Of a stretch of DNA of 64,000 nt, positions 37,709 to 50,990 are shown in pieces. Position 1 is the stretch's first letter. Each line of letters begins with the position of its first letter. The stretch comes from Paragordius varius (Eukaryota > Animalia > Nematomorpha): positions 10,850,001-10,914,000 of the forward strand of contig OZ176051.1 of NCBI GenBank assembly GCA_964247055.1, in the 5' to 3' direction. The position numbers were made by a program, and so were the translations under genes. The notes under the pieces were generated by a model, which saw only the letters and a program-made list of their open reading frames with translations, was not told the origin of the DNA and did no database searches.

Positions 37709-40700
37709 ATGTTAATCTTATTATGGCTAGTTAAAAATTGGCAATTAATGGTGTTTTTGACTGCGCATAGCTTGCCTATTATGGCCAATCATTATTTTTC
37801 ATATCTTTGCTATGTAAATGATTCCAATCGGAATACCAGTCTTCAATTCGATTCCGAGGACAGAAAAATATTAAAATTTAGGTATAAATATAATTATTTA
37901 CCAGTAATTTCCAGGCTTTATTTATATTATATCATATAATATATATATATATATATATATATAATAAATGCAGATTGGGACTTACCCAGCCAATCGTTCT
38001 TGAGAAATCTGATGGAATTATCACCACAGAATTGCCTATGTATCAAAGCCAAAATATCGGCACAAATATTTATAAATATGAAATGACGCCGGAAACTAAA
38101 CTATCATTCAACAACTTGCAGCTTCTCTACAATTTAGACGTATATCAAATATATCTGCCCCTAAATATAAATAACAAATAAGCTTAATTATTCCGTTCCG
38201 CATCTATTTAGAGTCAAAAGAATTAATACAATATGTAAACTGTATCAAATATTTATAATGTTATTTGTATTATTATAGTTTTATATAGATGTGGATACAC
38301 AAATATTGGATTACATAGAATATGTTTCTAATAATGAATCCTCCTTCTCCGGATATGATTCGACTAATCAAACGCGTTTCTTTAGAAATTCCAAGTATGA
38401 AATCATAAGTCGAATGCCATTGCCTTTAAAGGTTAACTCTCCCTTTATTAATATTTATATCATAGTTTAAATTTGTTTATAGGTATTAGTTATTGTGATT
38501 AGATCAATACATTATTAATGTAGACGATCCCATTTTGGGCTTCCAGAGCTTGAAATTGTGAATTAATTATGCCTTTAAAAGCCCTTTAGGTTAAATCATC
38601 CAATTCGTCTCTTGCAATGTGCGACTAAAATAAGACATAAAAAATATTTTTTTCTATCAATTATTTTGTTTAATTTGCTATCAGCTAAAATCAAGAATGC
38701 GCATTTTCACGCACAGGCCGAATTAAGTTACCTATATTTTTCATATAATGATAAAGCAAAATATTACTACAAAATATATCCTCATAAAATATATAAATAT
38801 ATTATATATATATATATATAATATATATATATATTATATATATAGATAAATGTACCAGGCTCATAGAGCTTTTGGTTTTTGGCTATACGAGTGATATACG
38901 AAAGTTATCACCACTTTTGCGTTGTGCTCCATGTCAAAAATGGCAAATAGTACTTGTTATCGAATAAAAATTGTTGTTAAAAGCTAAATGATTAATTCCA
39001 AAATATATTATTTATATAATAAGATACAATATTTAAAAGGGAAAACCAAATTTTTATATGTGGGCTCCAGAAAGTCTCAAATTTTTTCCCCCTTAAAAAT
39101 AAGCTTCTCATAAAGTTATCGCAAAAACGTCAAAATTCCGGGGTAATATTGTAATATACGTTAACTTTTGGCATCAAAAAAATATTTTTGAAAAAAATTA
39201 CTTTGTTCAAAAATGTAATTTTTGGCAAAATTTTGTAGCCTACCTCATGTCATAAACATAATAGAAACGGTAAAAATGCTTCATGATTATGTAAAAACTA
39301 TTTTTCCATATAATTAGATGATTCTAAACATTTCTATCACTTCAGAATTCAATTTTAAGATTTGCTTTCAAATCTGGGTACCTTTTTCCGAAATACCCTA
39401 TATATATTTAAAATAAATTTAAAGACTAACGAATTTTTAAATTAAATTAGGTGATATAAATGTTCATCATAAATCATAACGCCAAAGTGTTTTTATGATA
39501 ACCGGTTTTTTACCGATCATGCTACCATAGCATGAAATACGCTTCAAAATAATTTTGTTAAAAATTAAATTTTTCAACAAAGTTGAAAAATGTTTTTTTG
39601 ATGCCATTAGAATATCTTAAAATTTATCGCAAAACTGTGGCATACTTAATTTTGAAAGAACTTAGATGGGAGGACTTTCGAGGCATGCTTCTAAAAATTA
39701 AAATTTTATTGAAAGTTGTTTGATTTCAAATATAGTATATTATATATACTGTATTTTTTGGAAATAAAGCATTTAATGCCATTTATATGGAGCAATTACC
39801 ATAAAAGTGATAATAAATTTGTTATATCGGTAAGGCCAATAACCAAACGCTCCTGGATAATCCAGATAAATTTTCCTAGCAGAATATATGTTTCATCAGG
39901 GCATTTTTATAACCCCAGATTAATGCGCAGTGGTATCGATAAAAATATTACATATTCAAAGGGTGAAAAGTTTTTGAATAAAGCAAAATTGCACTTTTAT
40001 GTCGTATTAAATATAAAAATACGCATATATGCAGTAAAAATATTTATCATTTTCTATTCAATTTTACCCAAAAATGAATTAAGCCCTTCGAAAAAAGAAA
40101 TTTAATGATTTTTACCAAGGGCAATGTAGCGTATAACAAAACTTATAATAAATATAATATCCACACTGTGTGCAAAAAAATTTTTAACGAAAAAATTATT
40201 TTTTCATGAGATAGCTTATACCAGCGTATTCATTTGCCGCAAAATTTTTTATTTGTTGACAACCTTTGAAATATTGAGGGAAAATCAAAATCGGGCAAAA
40301 ATGGTTTATTATCATTTTAGGAGATATTTTCAATATATAAATAGCTAAAATCATATAGTTAGGGTTTCTATAAAATTTCAGGTCAAAAGATGGCGTTCTT
40401 CTTTTATCACACTTAAAAGACATAATCATTTTAATGAAACTATATTAAAATATTAATTATTTACTACCTAAATTCACTATTAAAATCTTAACATTCATAT
40501 TTTATTCAGTAAAAACTTTTATAACCAAATAAAACCAAAAATATTGTTTTTTATTTTTTTTGTCATCTGGTTTATGAGTATATAAAAAACTTAATCTGTT
40601 TTATTTTGGATTCTCACATGATTAGAAATTATTGAGTATATAATTTATGCAAAATAAGATTTAAATGTAGAGGATTATCAACCAACAATCCGTACAAATC

Positions 40701-43700
40701 TCAATACAAATATTAATTTGTCATAAAACAGACTTGTTACAGGAAATTGTAAGGATTGTTGGTTGATATTCATCCACTTTTAAATCCTATTTTGCATATA
40801 TACTTAATAATTCTCACTCATGTAAGAATCCAAAATAAAACAGTATAAATTTTTTATACACTCATAAACCAGATGACAAAAAAATGCAAAAATAAAAAAC
40901 AATATTTTTGGTTTTATTTTGATATAGAAGTTTATTTCACTGAATAAAATATGAATGTTAAGATTTTAATAATGAGTTTTTGTAGTAAATGACTAAAAAA
41001 ATTATTTTTATATAGTTCATTAAATTTATTTTGTCTTTTAAGTGTGACAAAAAAACGCCATCTTTTGACCTTAAATTTTATAGAAACCTAAACTATATGA
41101 TTTTAGGCTATTTATATATTGAAAATATCTCCTAAAATGATAATAAACCATAATATTTCAAATTTTATCATTATTTTTTGAATTATCCTTAATTATCCTT
41201 AATTTTCACTTTTTGCCCGATTTTGATTTTCCCTCAATATTTCAAAACTAGGTTGTCAACAAATAAAAATTTTTGCGGCAAATGATACACTGGTCATAAG
41301 CTATCTCATTAAAAAAAAAAATTTTCGTTAAATCAAAATGACCTTCTTTTTTGCACACAGTATATATATGAATACTTGCGTATAATTCAATTCAGGGAAA
41401 AACTTTTAGCCACTAAGTTTGGAGTTGTTACTCCGCGATTAAAAGCCATAACGGCACCAAATATATTTTATTTGGGTATAAACACTCCCTTAAGCAAAAA
41501 AAGAATCGATAAAAATTGTTTTTCTGAATCAAATTGTTAGAAACATAGGTTTTTGCGCTTTTCACACTAATTTATAAAATTAATTTATAAGTTTTAAATT
41601 TTTGAACGCTGAAATGGGAATAGAGGTATATGATAAAAAATTTTTACCGGATTGCGATTTTTTTGCTTTATTCTATTAGTTATACCTAACTAAAAAATGA
41701 TCTATATCGATATTATTTTGCTAATATTATACTTATGATATATATTAAAAAATCGAGTTGACGAGCTTTTTTATTCATTTTAAGATGTGATAAAAATGCG
41801 ATTTATTTATTAAACTGGATGAAACCAAAAAAATAAAATAACTTTTAAAAGATGCATGCAAAAATTATGAGGCAAATCGAAAAATAAGGGTCATTAAAGT
41901 GTTTAAGGACCAATTTAAATGGTTTATAATCCAACTTAAAGTGTTCAGTAGTAAATTTAAAGTATACTTTTGTCAGACCAACTTGAAGTGCAAAACAAGA
42001 AAATATGCCATAAATTTTCGAAAAATTCTCCATCAATAAAAAAAACAATTGAAGAATGAAATTATATTTAACGTTTATAGCACTATCATATAAAAAATGT
42101 AGTTTTATAAATGGAAAATAAATTATAGAGTTATGCTGCTAATTTAAAGAAATATAATCATATTATTAGATTAAAGTACAGACCACACAAACCTGAACGA
42201 AATATTTCATAAATAAAAGTTAAAAGATAAATTTATTTTTAATATGATATATTTGTCATTAATATAATAAAAAAATTAGACACGCATCTATGTATCCGCA
42301 AAAAAGGTAACCTACGTCTATGATATCTATGATGACTTTGTGATTCTCAGAGATAAGATTGAACATTCTACCAATATGTTTAAATCTCTAATATTAAACA
42401 ATATAACTGAACTACATTTAAGGATAGTCTTTCAAAAATGTGACGATACAGGTTTTTATCATGTTTTTTTAAACTAACTTTCAACATAAATATGCTAATG
42501 GTTCCAAGTGCGCAGCTAGGATTAAGCTGATTAATTATTATATAAATAATATATTTTAAATGATTAAAAATGGAACTATATAATATTAAAAATCAAAATT
42601 ATACTAAAATATATTCTTATATTATGGAAATTTGTTCCTATCAAGCAATTTTAGGGAACACCGCAGGAAATTAATCATATCCGATACTTTTCAAAATTTG
42701 TTAGTTTCTGAAAAATACTGAGAATACACGTTAATTTTGACTAGGGCTTCCAGTTAATTTTTGCTAAGTTACAGGCTATAATATTTTCGATCCGATTTTC
42801 CAAACACCATAACTAATAGCAAAATTCAGTGAATAAATTATCTTAATTATAAATCAACTATTTAATGGTTCTAATAGTGTGCCAAATTTGTTTAAATAAT
42901 CTAATTTTTCTATGTGGATAAGGAAAACCACTAATTTTTAGGAGTCACTGGGCATATAAAATAAATAGACTTAAAAAGTGAACTCTTTTTATTTTTTATA
43001 TTAAATTTTGAATAAAATGGCATAAAATTCGGATATTAAATCGAGGATATTTTACATATAAAATACATTTGTTTCAATGACCACGACATCTTTTTAAAGC
43101 GTCTTATATGCGAAAAACCATATATTAAATTTTAACTTTTTGTATATTATGTATATTTATTTAAGCAAGAATAATTTAATCAAAAAACTTTTTTTATAAA
43201 TTTTAACCCGAATGGTTATATTTTTTTAAAAAGTCAAAGGGTCAGTTATTAACTCAGTTAAACAAATTAAAACCCACATATATGATAATTTATAAAATAC
43301 TTTTGAATTTATTAAAAAAGGTTATTTTTACTTATTAATTTATATTTGACGATCTGTTGGGGCAGTAAATCTATAGCATTTTTCCAAATTGAATTATACA
43401 CCAATTCGATTTGTTTTTAAATATATTTTATATACAGTTACGGCTTATAATGAGAACACCCACAAGTTTCAAAAAGGTATATTATATAACTGCGTCAAAT
43501 GTATGGTTAAAAAAATAAATTTTACTTGCTATTTTATCATAGATTATGAGTTAGCTTATTTCAAAATTTTCGTTATGAAATTTTTTAAAAATTAACGGGT
43601 TGTATAACAATATTATTACATAATTTTTAAGCTAGTAATATAATTAGCTTAGAGATTCATATAATAAAGCGTCAAAAATATAAACTGAAATCGAAACTAA

Positions 43701-46700
43701 ATCGATATGATTTATATATGGTTAAAATTCGAGATGCATGTATTGAAATGTGATTATTTAGAGCCCATAGAAATATCCTGATATAATATAACTATTTAAG
43801 GCATTAGTATAAGCATGGTGTTTTTGGTTTTGACCCTTACGAGTAATATAAGAAAGTTATGATCACTTTTGTGGTATTTGCTCCATTCATAAATTGGCAA
43901 ATTTGCACACATTTTCTTAAATATTTTTTTTTTGTGAGAGCTGACTGCTTTATTCTAAAAATATAATAAACCTCATAAAAAAATATTTTTAAAAAATTTG
44001 AATTTTTAGATGTGGGCTTCGAAAGTCCCAAGTTTCGCTCTTCTAAAAGGGCTAGTTTTCATAAAATAAACGCAAAAATGCTAGATTGCGCAACAATTTC
44101 GAACATACGCTAAATTTAGGAACCAAAAATATTCAAAATGCATAATATTACACTATTTTATTTTTAAAAATTTTCTTAGAGCGTAACCTTCTATTTTAAG
44201 CATGATGACGTTGTAACGCTTTAAGTTATAGTAACACTTTTGTTGTAACAATGATTCTGAAATTTTTACTTCAAAATTTTAATTTAAATGTTTGTTCAAA
44301 TTCGGGTAATAATTTATAATTAACATAAATTTGAAGAAAGAATATTTCAAAGAAATTCTGAGGTAACTGTTTTTAGGTGTTTTACACCGTTTATATCAGG
44401 GGTGTCCAACACAAATGGCCTTGCATTTTAGCTTATAAATTCTGGCCGGCCGCATTCAAAATATACATGGCCCTAAATAAATATTATATTAGATTTCCAA
44501 AATAAAACTGTAAAAGGCAAACACAGTATAGCAATTTATTCTACTTCGTTGCCAATTGGATAGACTTATCTAAGAATTTGTAAAAAAGTATCTATTTTAC
44601 TGAGAATTTGTAAGCATATTTTTGCAAATTATGGATTAATTTATCTAGGACCAATGAGCCTCGTAGGAACAACCCTGTACATCATGCTTCAAAACAGCAT
44701 GTACGATTTTCTAAATTGTTAAAAAATTAAATTTGGAACATAGTAAGCATTTTTTGAAAATATTTTTTGATGCTATTATCTAGTACAAAGTTTTCACAAA
44801 ATCTCGGCATTGCGATAATAATATGAGAACCACCCATTTTGGGGGCGCAAAAATTTGGTACTTTCAGAGCCCATATCTAAATTCACGTTATATTTTAGTG
44901 ATATACATGAAGCCTTTATTCGCCAAAAAAATTATTTAACAAAAAGTGCACAAATTTTGATAATCAGATGTAGACATTTACCACAAAGGTACTAACTTTC
45001 TTTCTTTTGTAAGGGCCCAAACTAAAACAACAAGATAATACCGATACGACTTTCAGAATATATACATCATTAAGTTATTTTTTCCCAAGATTTATTCGCA
45101 GGCATCATACGCTTAATATTTTTAGAAAAAGCAACTTTTAGAATTAAACATCGATTAATTCGTTCGTGGGATGGAATAACAAAAATTGAGTATTAAATAA
45201 TATTACAAAAGTCATTATTATTAAATGTACCGATTTGTTTTACATTTTAAAAAAATAGAGAATATATTTTATTAATTGGATTTTTATTTTGCCATCTCAG
45301 ATAACGTGTTTGTCACGGGATAAACACTAAGAGTTAATAGCAGAATTTAATTAATAAAATTTTCGTGTACAAATTTTTATATTTATACTGATTTATTCAA
45401 TTTTAGATGCCCGCCAAATTTTGATAGCTTCAATATTATGTTTGATAGTCTTTGTTTGCAAAGTTTTAGTCTAAATTCTTTAAAAAGCTGACTGTTATGA
45501 ATCATTTTTTGTATTACCTTATATGCATGAGTAAATATATAATCGGATTTGAAAAGTTTTTATTGAAATACATCATTTTTGACCCTAACGGCATACACTA
45601 TATATATATATATATATAATATATAGTATTTCAATTAATTATTGCTGTTTTTATTAGAACTATATTTATACGAATCCAATCACAACTCCAGCTATAACAA
45701 ATTTTATATCCCTACAAACGAATAGAGATGAAGTTTACAAGCTTTTTAGGTTATTTGTTATTTTTTAAATATTAAATCAATATTTATTTTTAAATACTTC
45801 TAAAAGTTAAGTTTTTAGGAATTTATTAAAACACTATGATTAATTGTATTTATTTGAGATATTTAAATAATAGTTGTTCAATTATATATCATTACTTTGG
45901 AAGTCTAAATTTATAAATTAATTGAGCCCTTTAAAAATGGGTGAAATGCCATATAGGAGAAATAAATGCAAAAAACAGCTAAACAGCTGACTGTTCATAT
46001 TAAAGATTTTACTTACAGGGAAATTTACCATATATTTTTCTATACACTAGAAAATATATGCACTCAAACAATAAATTTTGATAGTAGAAATTTTTAATTA
46101 CGACTTTAGTTCGATTTACATATATATATATATTTAATTTAAATATGGAATATATAATTTTTCTCAAAGCTTTGGCCTTATCGTGTTATATTGGGTAAAA
46201 CTACACAAACTTACATACTAATTACCAAAACTTCTTGTTTTTTATAATGCCGTTCGGGTCCCTCTAGACACAGAGCTTGGTTTCTTGCGAAAGTATGGCT
46301 TGATGTCGATTGAACGACTTGGCAAAACCACGAATCCTTTTTGAAATAAAGACAATTCGATACAAAAATAAATTTCTTTCGTTGAAGCAAGATTTCAAAA
46401 TTCCTTTGCGATTTTCGATTAAGTTTATTTAAATTGTATTTAAGACCCAATCAAGTTTATTGGTTCTTCTGATTGTTCTTGGGCAGTGATTTTGTTGACA
46501 TATAATGCTTCTTGCCGCTGAGTTAAGTCATAATAATGCAATATATCGTTTTCGCAGCTGTATTGGGAACCAATCTCTTTTTAAATCACAACCTTCATAT
46601 TTTGAAACTATCTTTCTGTTTTTATTGCTGAAGCATGACTATATTTTTCCACCAAACAACAGTCCTTTTCTTTTGGAAAAAGCAATGCATGCCGAAAATA

Positions 46701-49700
46701 TTGTTGAGGCACAAAATTTGGCATGATTACTGAATGATAAAAAAACGCTACTTGACGTTGTGTCTGTTTGTCGTTTAATGTCAGGTAACAAAATGACTTG
46801 TGTCTTAATCGTTTGCATCCTTTTTTCTGACGTTTTCTCCTAGTTAAATCGTTAATAAATGACCACGCCTGGTATATAAAAAATAGTTCTAAAGATTTCT
46901 TAATAATAGGCGCCTTTTTATATTAATATGCTTAGGGTGCTTCCTTATGTTAGATACGCTAACATAAAAACACAACATGTTTTTAAAGCATCTTCTCTAA
47001 AAACCATATAATATTAGTTGTGAGTTAACATTTATTACTGCATAGTACGCCATCATATGGAATCGAGTTTTAGAAGCATTTTACAGAAGCCTAGGCTCTG
47101 CGGATAAATATTTGTTTAAGAATCATATTTCGTTCGATACTCAATTCATAATAAAGAATATCGAACGATATCTGCGTAAAATACTAAAACGCTATTTTTT
47201 TTACTGGTGCGAGCCAATTCAAAAATCGTTTTTTGAACAATTTGTCAAATAAAAATGAATACGATTGGGGAAGTGCGACAGCTAAATTTTACTTTTTGCG
47301 TCATAAATATCTAAACACGAAATGTTATTGATTAAGAGACAACCTTCCATTGCCTTTTATAGTCAAAACTTGTCAATGCATTGTCAAATTTTAATCTATA
47401 CTGAAGAAGACTTTAACCAAATCGTATGCAAAAATTGTATAATACAATATTCTAAATTTGGCTATAATATATATCCAGACAATAGATTATAAAATACTTC
47501 TATCGACATTTTTGTGATTTTCCATGCCCAATTGTTTGATTAAATGTTTTATCGCCTGCATTTGGGCGCAAAAACTCATCTAACTAATTGTTTTATCTGC
47601 ATCGATTTGTTATGATATTAATAAATATAAGAGGTTCGTTAATAAAATGCCCGCGTTTATCTAATTTTATTAAAGTTTCTGAACTCGGTATATTAGGAAT
47701 AGCTATATTCATGTATGTTATAGTTAAATTAAAATTGAAATTTTTTCCTGTAGAATCGCAAGATTTGTATTAAATTTTACTCAAATTTATGATTTAAAAA
47801 CTTTCAAGGACGTTCTGAAGAAAATGTAGAATTTTAATCAATAATTGGACTTAGAATTTTTATAATTAACAAATACGAAAGCCAAAATTATCATATAAAC
47901 AGATCAAAGGTTCCAATTACATATAAAACCTAGTCTCCAAAGTTGTCGCGTGTTATTCTTATTTTTGTTGGAATAATATGTACATAAAAATGCGAGATTA
48001 CTACAATCAGCAAAGTTAAAATATACTTTTCTCTGGTTTAACCACATTTAAAATTAATTCCTATAAAGCTTTCAGCTATCGAATGATATATTTTTCAAAA
48101 AATATATGTCTTAATGCCATACATTATTAGACCGTATGGATTAAATAGTGAGATTGAGAATTTGCCCGAAATTAATAACTTTTGTCAAAGACTTATTAGC
48201 TTATGGTTACTGCCTCAGTTTCATTTAATAGGTCTCCAAACATAAATATCGCGTTGGTTACTAATTCTTTTTCTGTTTCTTTTAGCAAAAATTTATTATT
48301 TATGAATAATGATATTGTTGACTAAGTCACAGCATATGACAGAGTCGGATGATATGATTTATAAATTATGAATATATGACTAAATTAAAGTTCCTTGCCT
48401 TTAAATGTAACGGTCAAAGCGGTTGTAATAAGATGTTTTGCGCACTCAAGATTTTTGTGATCGATTTCACTTACTCCAAATTTTTACATGGCAGTCCATC
48501 ATTCACTTGATATAATTTAATCTCACAAAATAACGTACAAACAAGAATTAGAAACGTACATTTTACTATTTTAGTATGCATTTAGTCTTGTAAAAATATT
48601 CAGCATTATATGCATTTGACAGTGTAATGGCTTTCCTTATCACTAAAAAATTTTTCCATAAACACAATAAATACCAATGTAATTAAAGGTATTAGAAATC
48701 ATAATACATACAAATTAGTTTTGGAACTTAATATAGAATTAATTAATATTATTTTTTTAAAACCAATACCAGATATATATATATATATATATCATTATTT
48801 AGGTCTTTTTATAAAAATTAATTCTATTTCATTTTAGAAATGTGTCTTTAGTTCCTCTAGATGGACATGTCAAATTCCTTAATATATTTTATTCTTCTAA
48901 TCCCAAAATTTTTGAAAACGGATCCGTTTTATCCTTGGAAATTTGGGATAAAATAGAATATATTCGTAGTTTGGTGATTAAATATCAGAATTTTTCGATG
49001 CAAGTATCTGGCAAAGTAATGCATTTTTTTTAAAATTATAAAACATGTACACAAAAGTCTGATTTCCAACTTTTATTTTGTATTTTTATTTTTGAAATAC
49101 GTTTTTTTTTTCAAAATTATTAATAGATTTTATGCATATTGAACCAATTACTATCTAAACCCGGAGTGCCTAACACAAATGGCTTCGCGGTTTTTTAACT
49201 CTAAAAACGGCGGATGCCTAATTCGCAAATAGCGCCAATTTTGTATAATTTATTGGATTATAAACATAAAATTATTAAATTTCGGAAACTATTATTTACT
49301 TTGCCTTGTGCCAGTTCATTGCCGAATTTTTGATAGACGTATTCAGAAAGAATTATCAATTTTACTTAGATGTTCTATACAACCTTTTTTTAAATTAAAT
49401 TTTGTTTAGATTTTTCAAAAATTCTTGCAGGCTTCAAAATATTTTAATCGGCGGAATCCCGTTAATAGCGTGTTGGGCACCTTAAACCATACGAAGAAGT
49501 TACCACATTTATTTTCCATATCATTGAGGCGTTTTAAATTATTGTTTTAAAGACATATAAAATGGTTATACGATAACTATCAAATATACACACAGTTTTA
49601 TAAAAATTTGCTAGCTTAATTTTTTTAGTTAATTGATCTAATATTATATCGCATAGGTTAACATATCAATTTATCAAACAATGATATTGCAACCATGTGC

Positions 49701-50990
49701 CATATCCATTTTTAATTATCACAATGGAAATTCTCAAATTTTAAAATACATGGCTTCAAGGGTATGTTTATATATATATATATATATATAATATCCATGC
49801 AAGAAATATAAAATAACCTGATAATTCAAACATATTTTGATACAAAAATCATTGTTTTGGAGACTTTTTTAACAAGTTATTAGCTTTATTTGTGTTAAAC
49901 GCCCAATATGAAAAATTGCAAAATTGAATAGTAGCTAGTATATTTTAAATAAAGGCTTTAACACGATATATTTTAGTGTAACTTTTTTTCAAATGCGTGA
50001 AAATAATAAAAAAAATTTATTTTTATTTTAAATATTTAAAACCCGAAAATATTTAGTAAGGAGATTTTTGATTTCAATTACATATAATTTAAAAAGGTGT
50101 GATTATTGTCTGCAACACAAATCTATGCAGAAAATTATTTATTAGTTTACAAATAATTTCTAAATTTTTACACGATATAGAATATAGGAACTAATGCATT
50201 TCAAATAGAATAATATTGCTTTTTTATAACTGTAATTAGATTAACATCATGCAAAACTCATCGGTTTTGATTATAAGCCGGTTTAATAAAAATATGATTT
50301 TTCACAATTTTGTGATCGAAAAGATTGTATGCGAATCCACCACAAATCAAAACCAATTGTGGCAAATAGGAAATTTTAATTACAATTTATTTAAATTACT
50401 ACATATCTGTAATTGATTCAATAAATTTATAATATAATTTAATATACGGTCATATATTTTCATATAACGCATTTAAACCATTTACTATAAAAGAATATAT
50501 TAGTAATTTAATGGATAAAATTTGGTGATAAAATACTTTTTGTAAATTACTTTTAAATTTAGCTAAAATATTTAAAGAAAAAAAGAAAATAGTTAAAAAA
50601 TTAATTAACCTATGTTGTTAAAAATTATAAAATAGTGTTAAGCATTTATTAATTGGATCCAAAAATCATGATAAAATTTAAGAACTTACACCAAAATTTG
50701 TAAAATAATTTTTTAAAATATAGAATTATATATATAGCCTTTAAAAAATTAATTTACTTGATTACAAACTTAAGATAAATTTGAATTTATACAATAATTG
50801 CTTTTTAAAATCCGTCTTAATATTTCCCGAGTTCCCGTCTTCAGGTGTATTTTTTAAGTAAAGTTATAAATACCGGAAATGACACCATATGCAACCAGAA
50901 GCCGAATTTTCGAATTCCGACGGTTTCGTTGGGTGGAGTTTCGAAATTTATGACCAGGTTCATTTTCAAATTCTTAGCAACATCACGGTA
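37709..50990 (+). CDS. Putative unannotated multi-exon gene (one or two loci) encoding a novel, probably extracellular protein
   Basis: AG/GT-bounded open exons: 37709-37881 (signal-peptide-like start), 37974-~38150, ~38290-38430, 42280-42451, 43377-43476, 45126-45189, 45407-~45490, 46019-46083, 47754-47825, 48838-49015, 49657-49761, 50240-50408 and 50864-~50990. The runs 43377>45126>45407 and 47754>48838>49657>50240>50864 are phase-compatible. Several N-x-S/T sites are present. The full structure is not resolved. Confidence 0.45.
40164..41362. mobile_element. ~1.2 kb fully palindromic element, copy 2
   Basis: CACTGTGTGCAAAAAAA ... TTTTTTGCACACAGTA-TA. Arms and the central loop (CATAAAACAGACTTGTTACA) match copy 1. 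Confidence 0.85.
44397..44677. mobile_element. hAT (Charlie-like) MITE
   Basis: CAGGGGTGTCCAACACAAATGG ... AACAACCCTG. The interior is similar to the 63254 copy. Confidence 0.7.
46230..46872 (-). pseudogene. Decayed mariner element: 5' TIR plus the N-terminal two-thirds of the transposase
   Basis: TA-CCAGGCGTGG end at 46872 (Mos1 begins TA-CCAGGTGT). ATG at 46724 gives MPNFVPQQYFRHALLF, then LVEKYSHASAIKTER*FQ, EILLQR..LFLYRIV and FRKK/TKLCV*RDPNGI, matching Mos1 MSSFVP, KTCERWFQ, FLHRIV and FGKKTMLCVWWD. Confidence 0.75.
49161..49483. mobile_element. hAT (Charlie-like) MITE, degenerate
   Basis: TCTAAAC-CCGGAGTGCCTAACACAAATGGCTTCGCGG ... GTGTTGGGCACC. Confidence 0.55.

Noticed and set aside
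39716-40105. 129-aa + strand ORF
   Set aside because: It starts at TTG, has AT-driven I/F/K/Y composition, lies in repeat-rich DNA and shows no recognisable domain.
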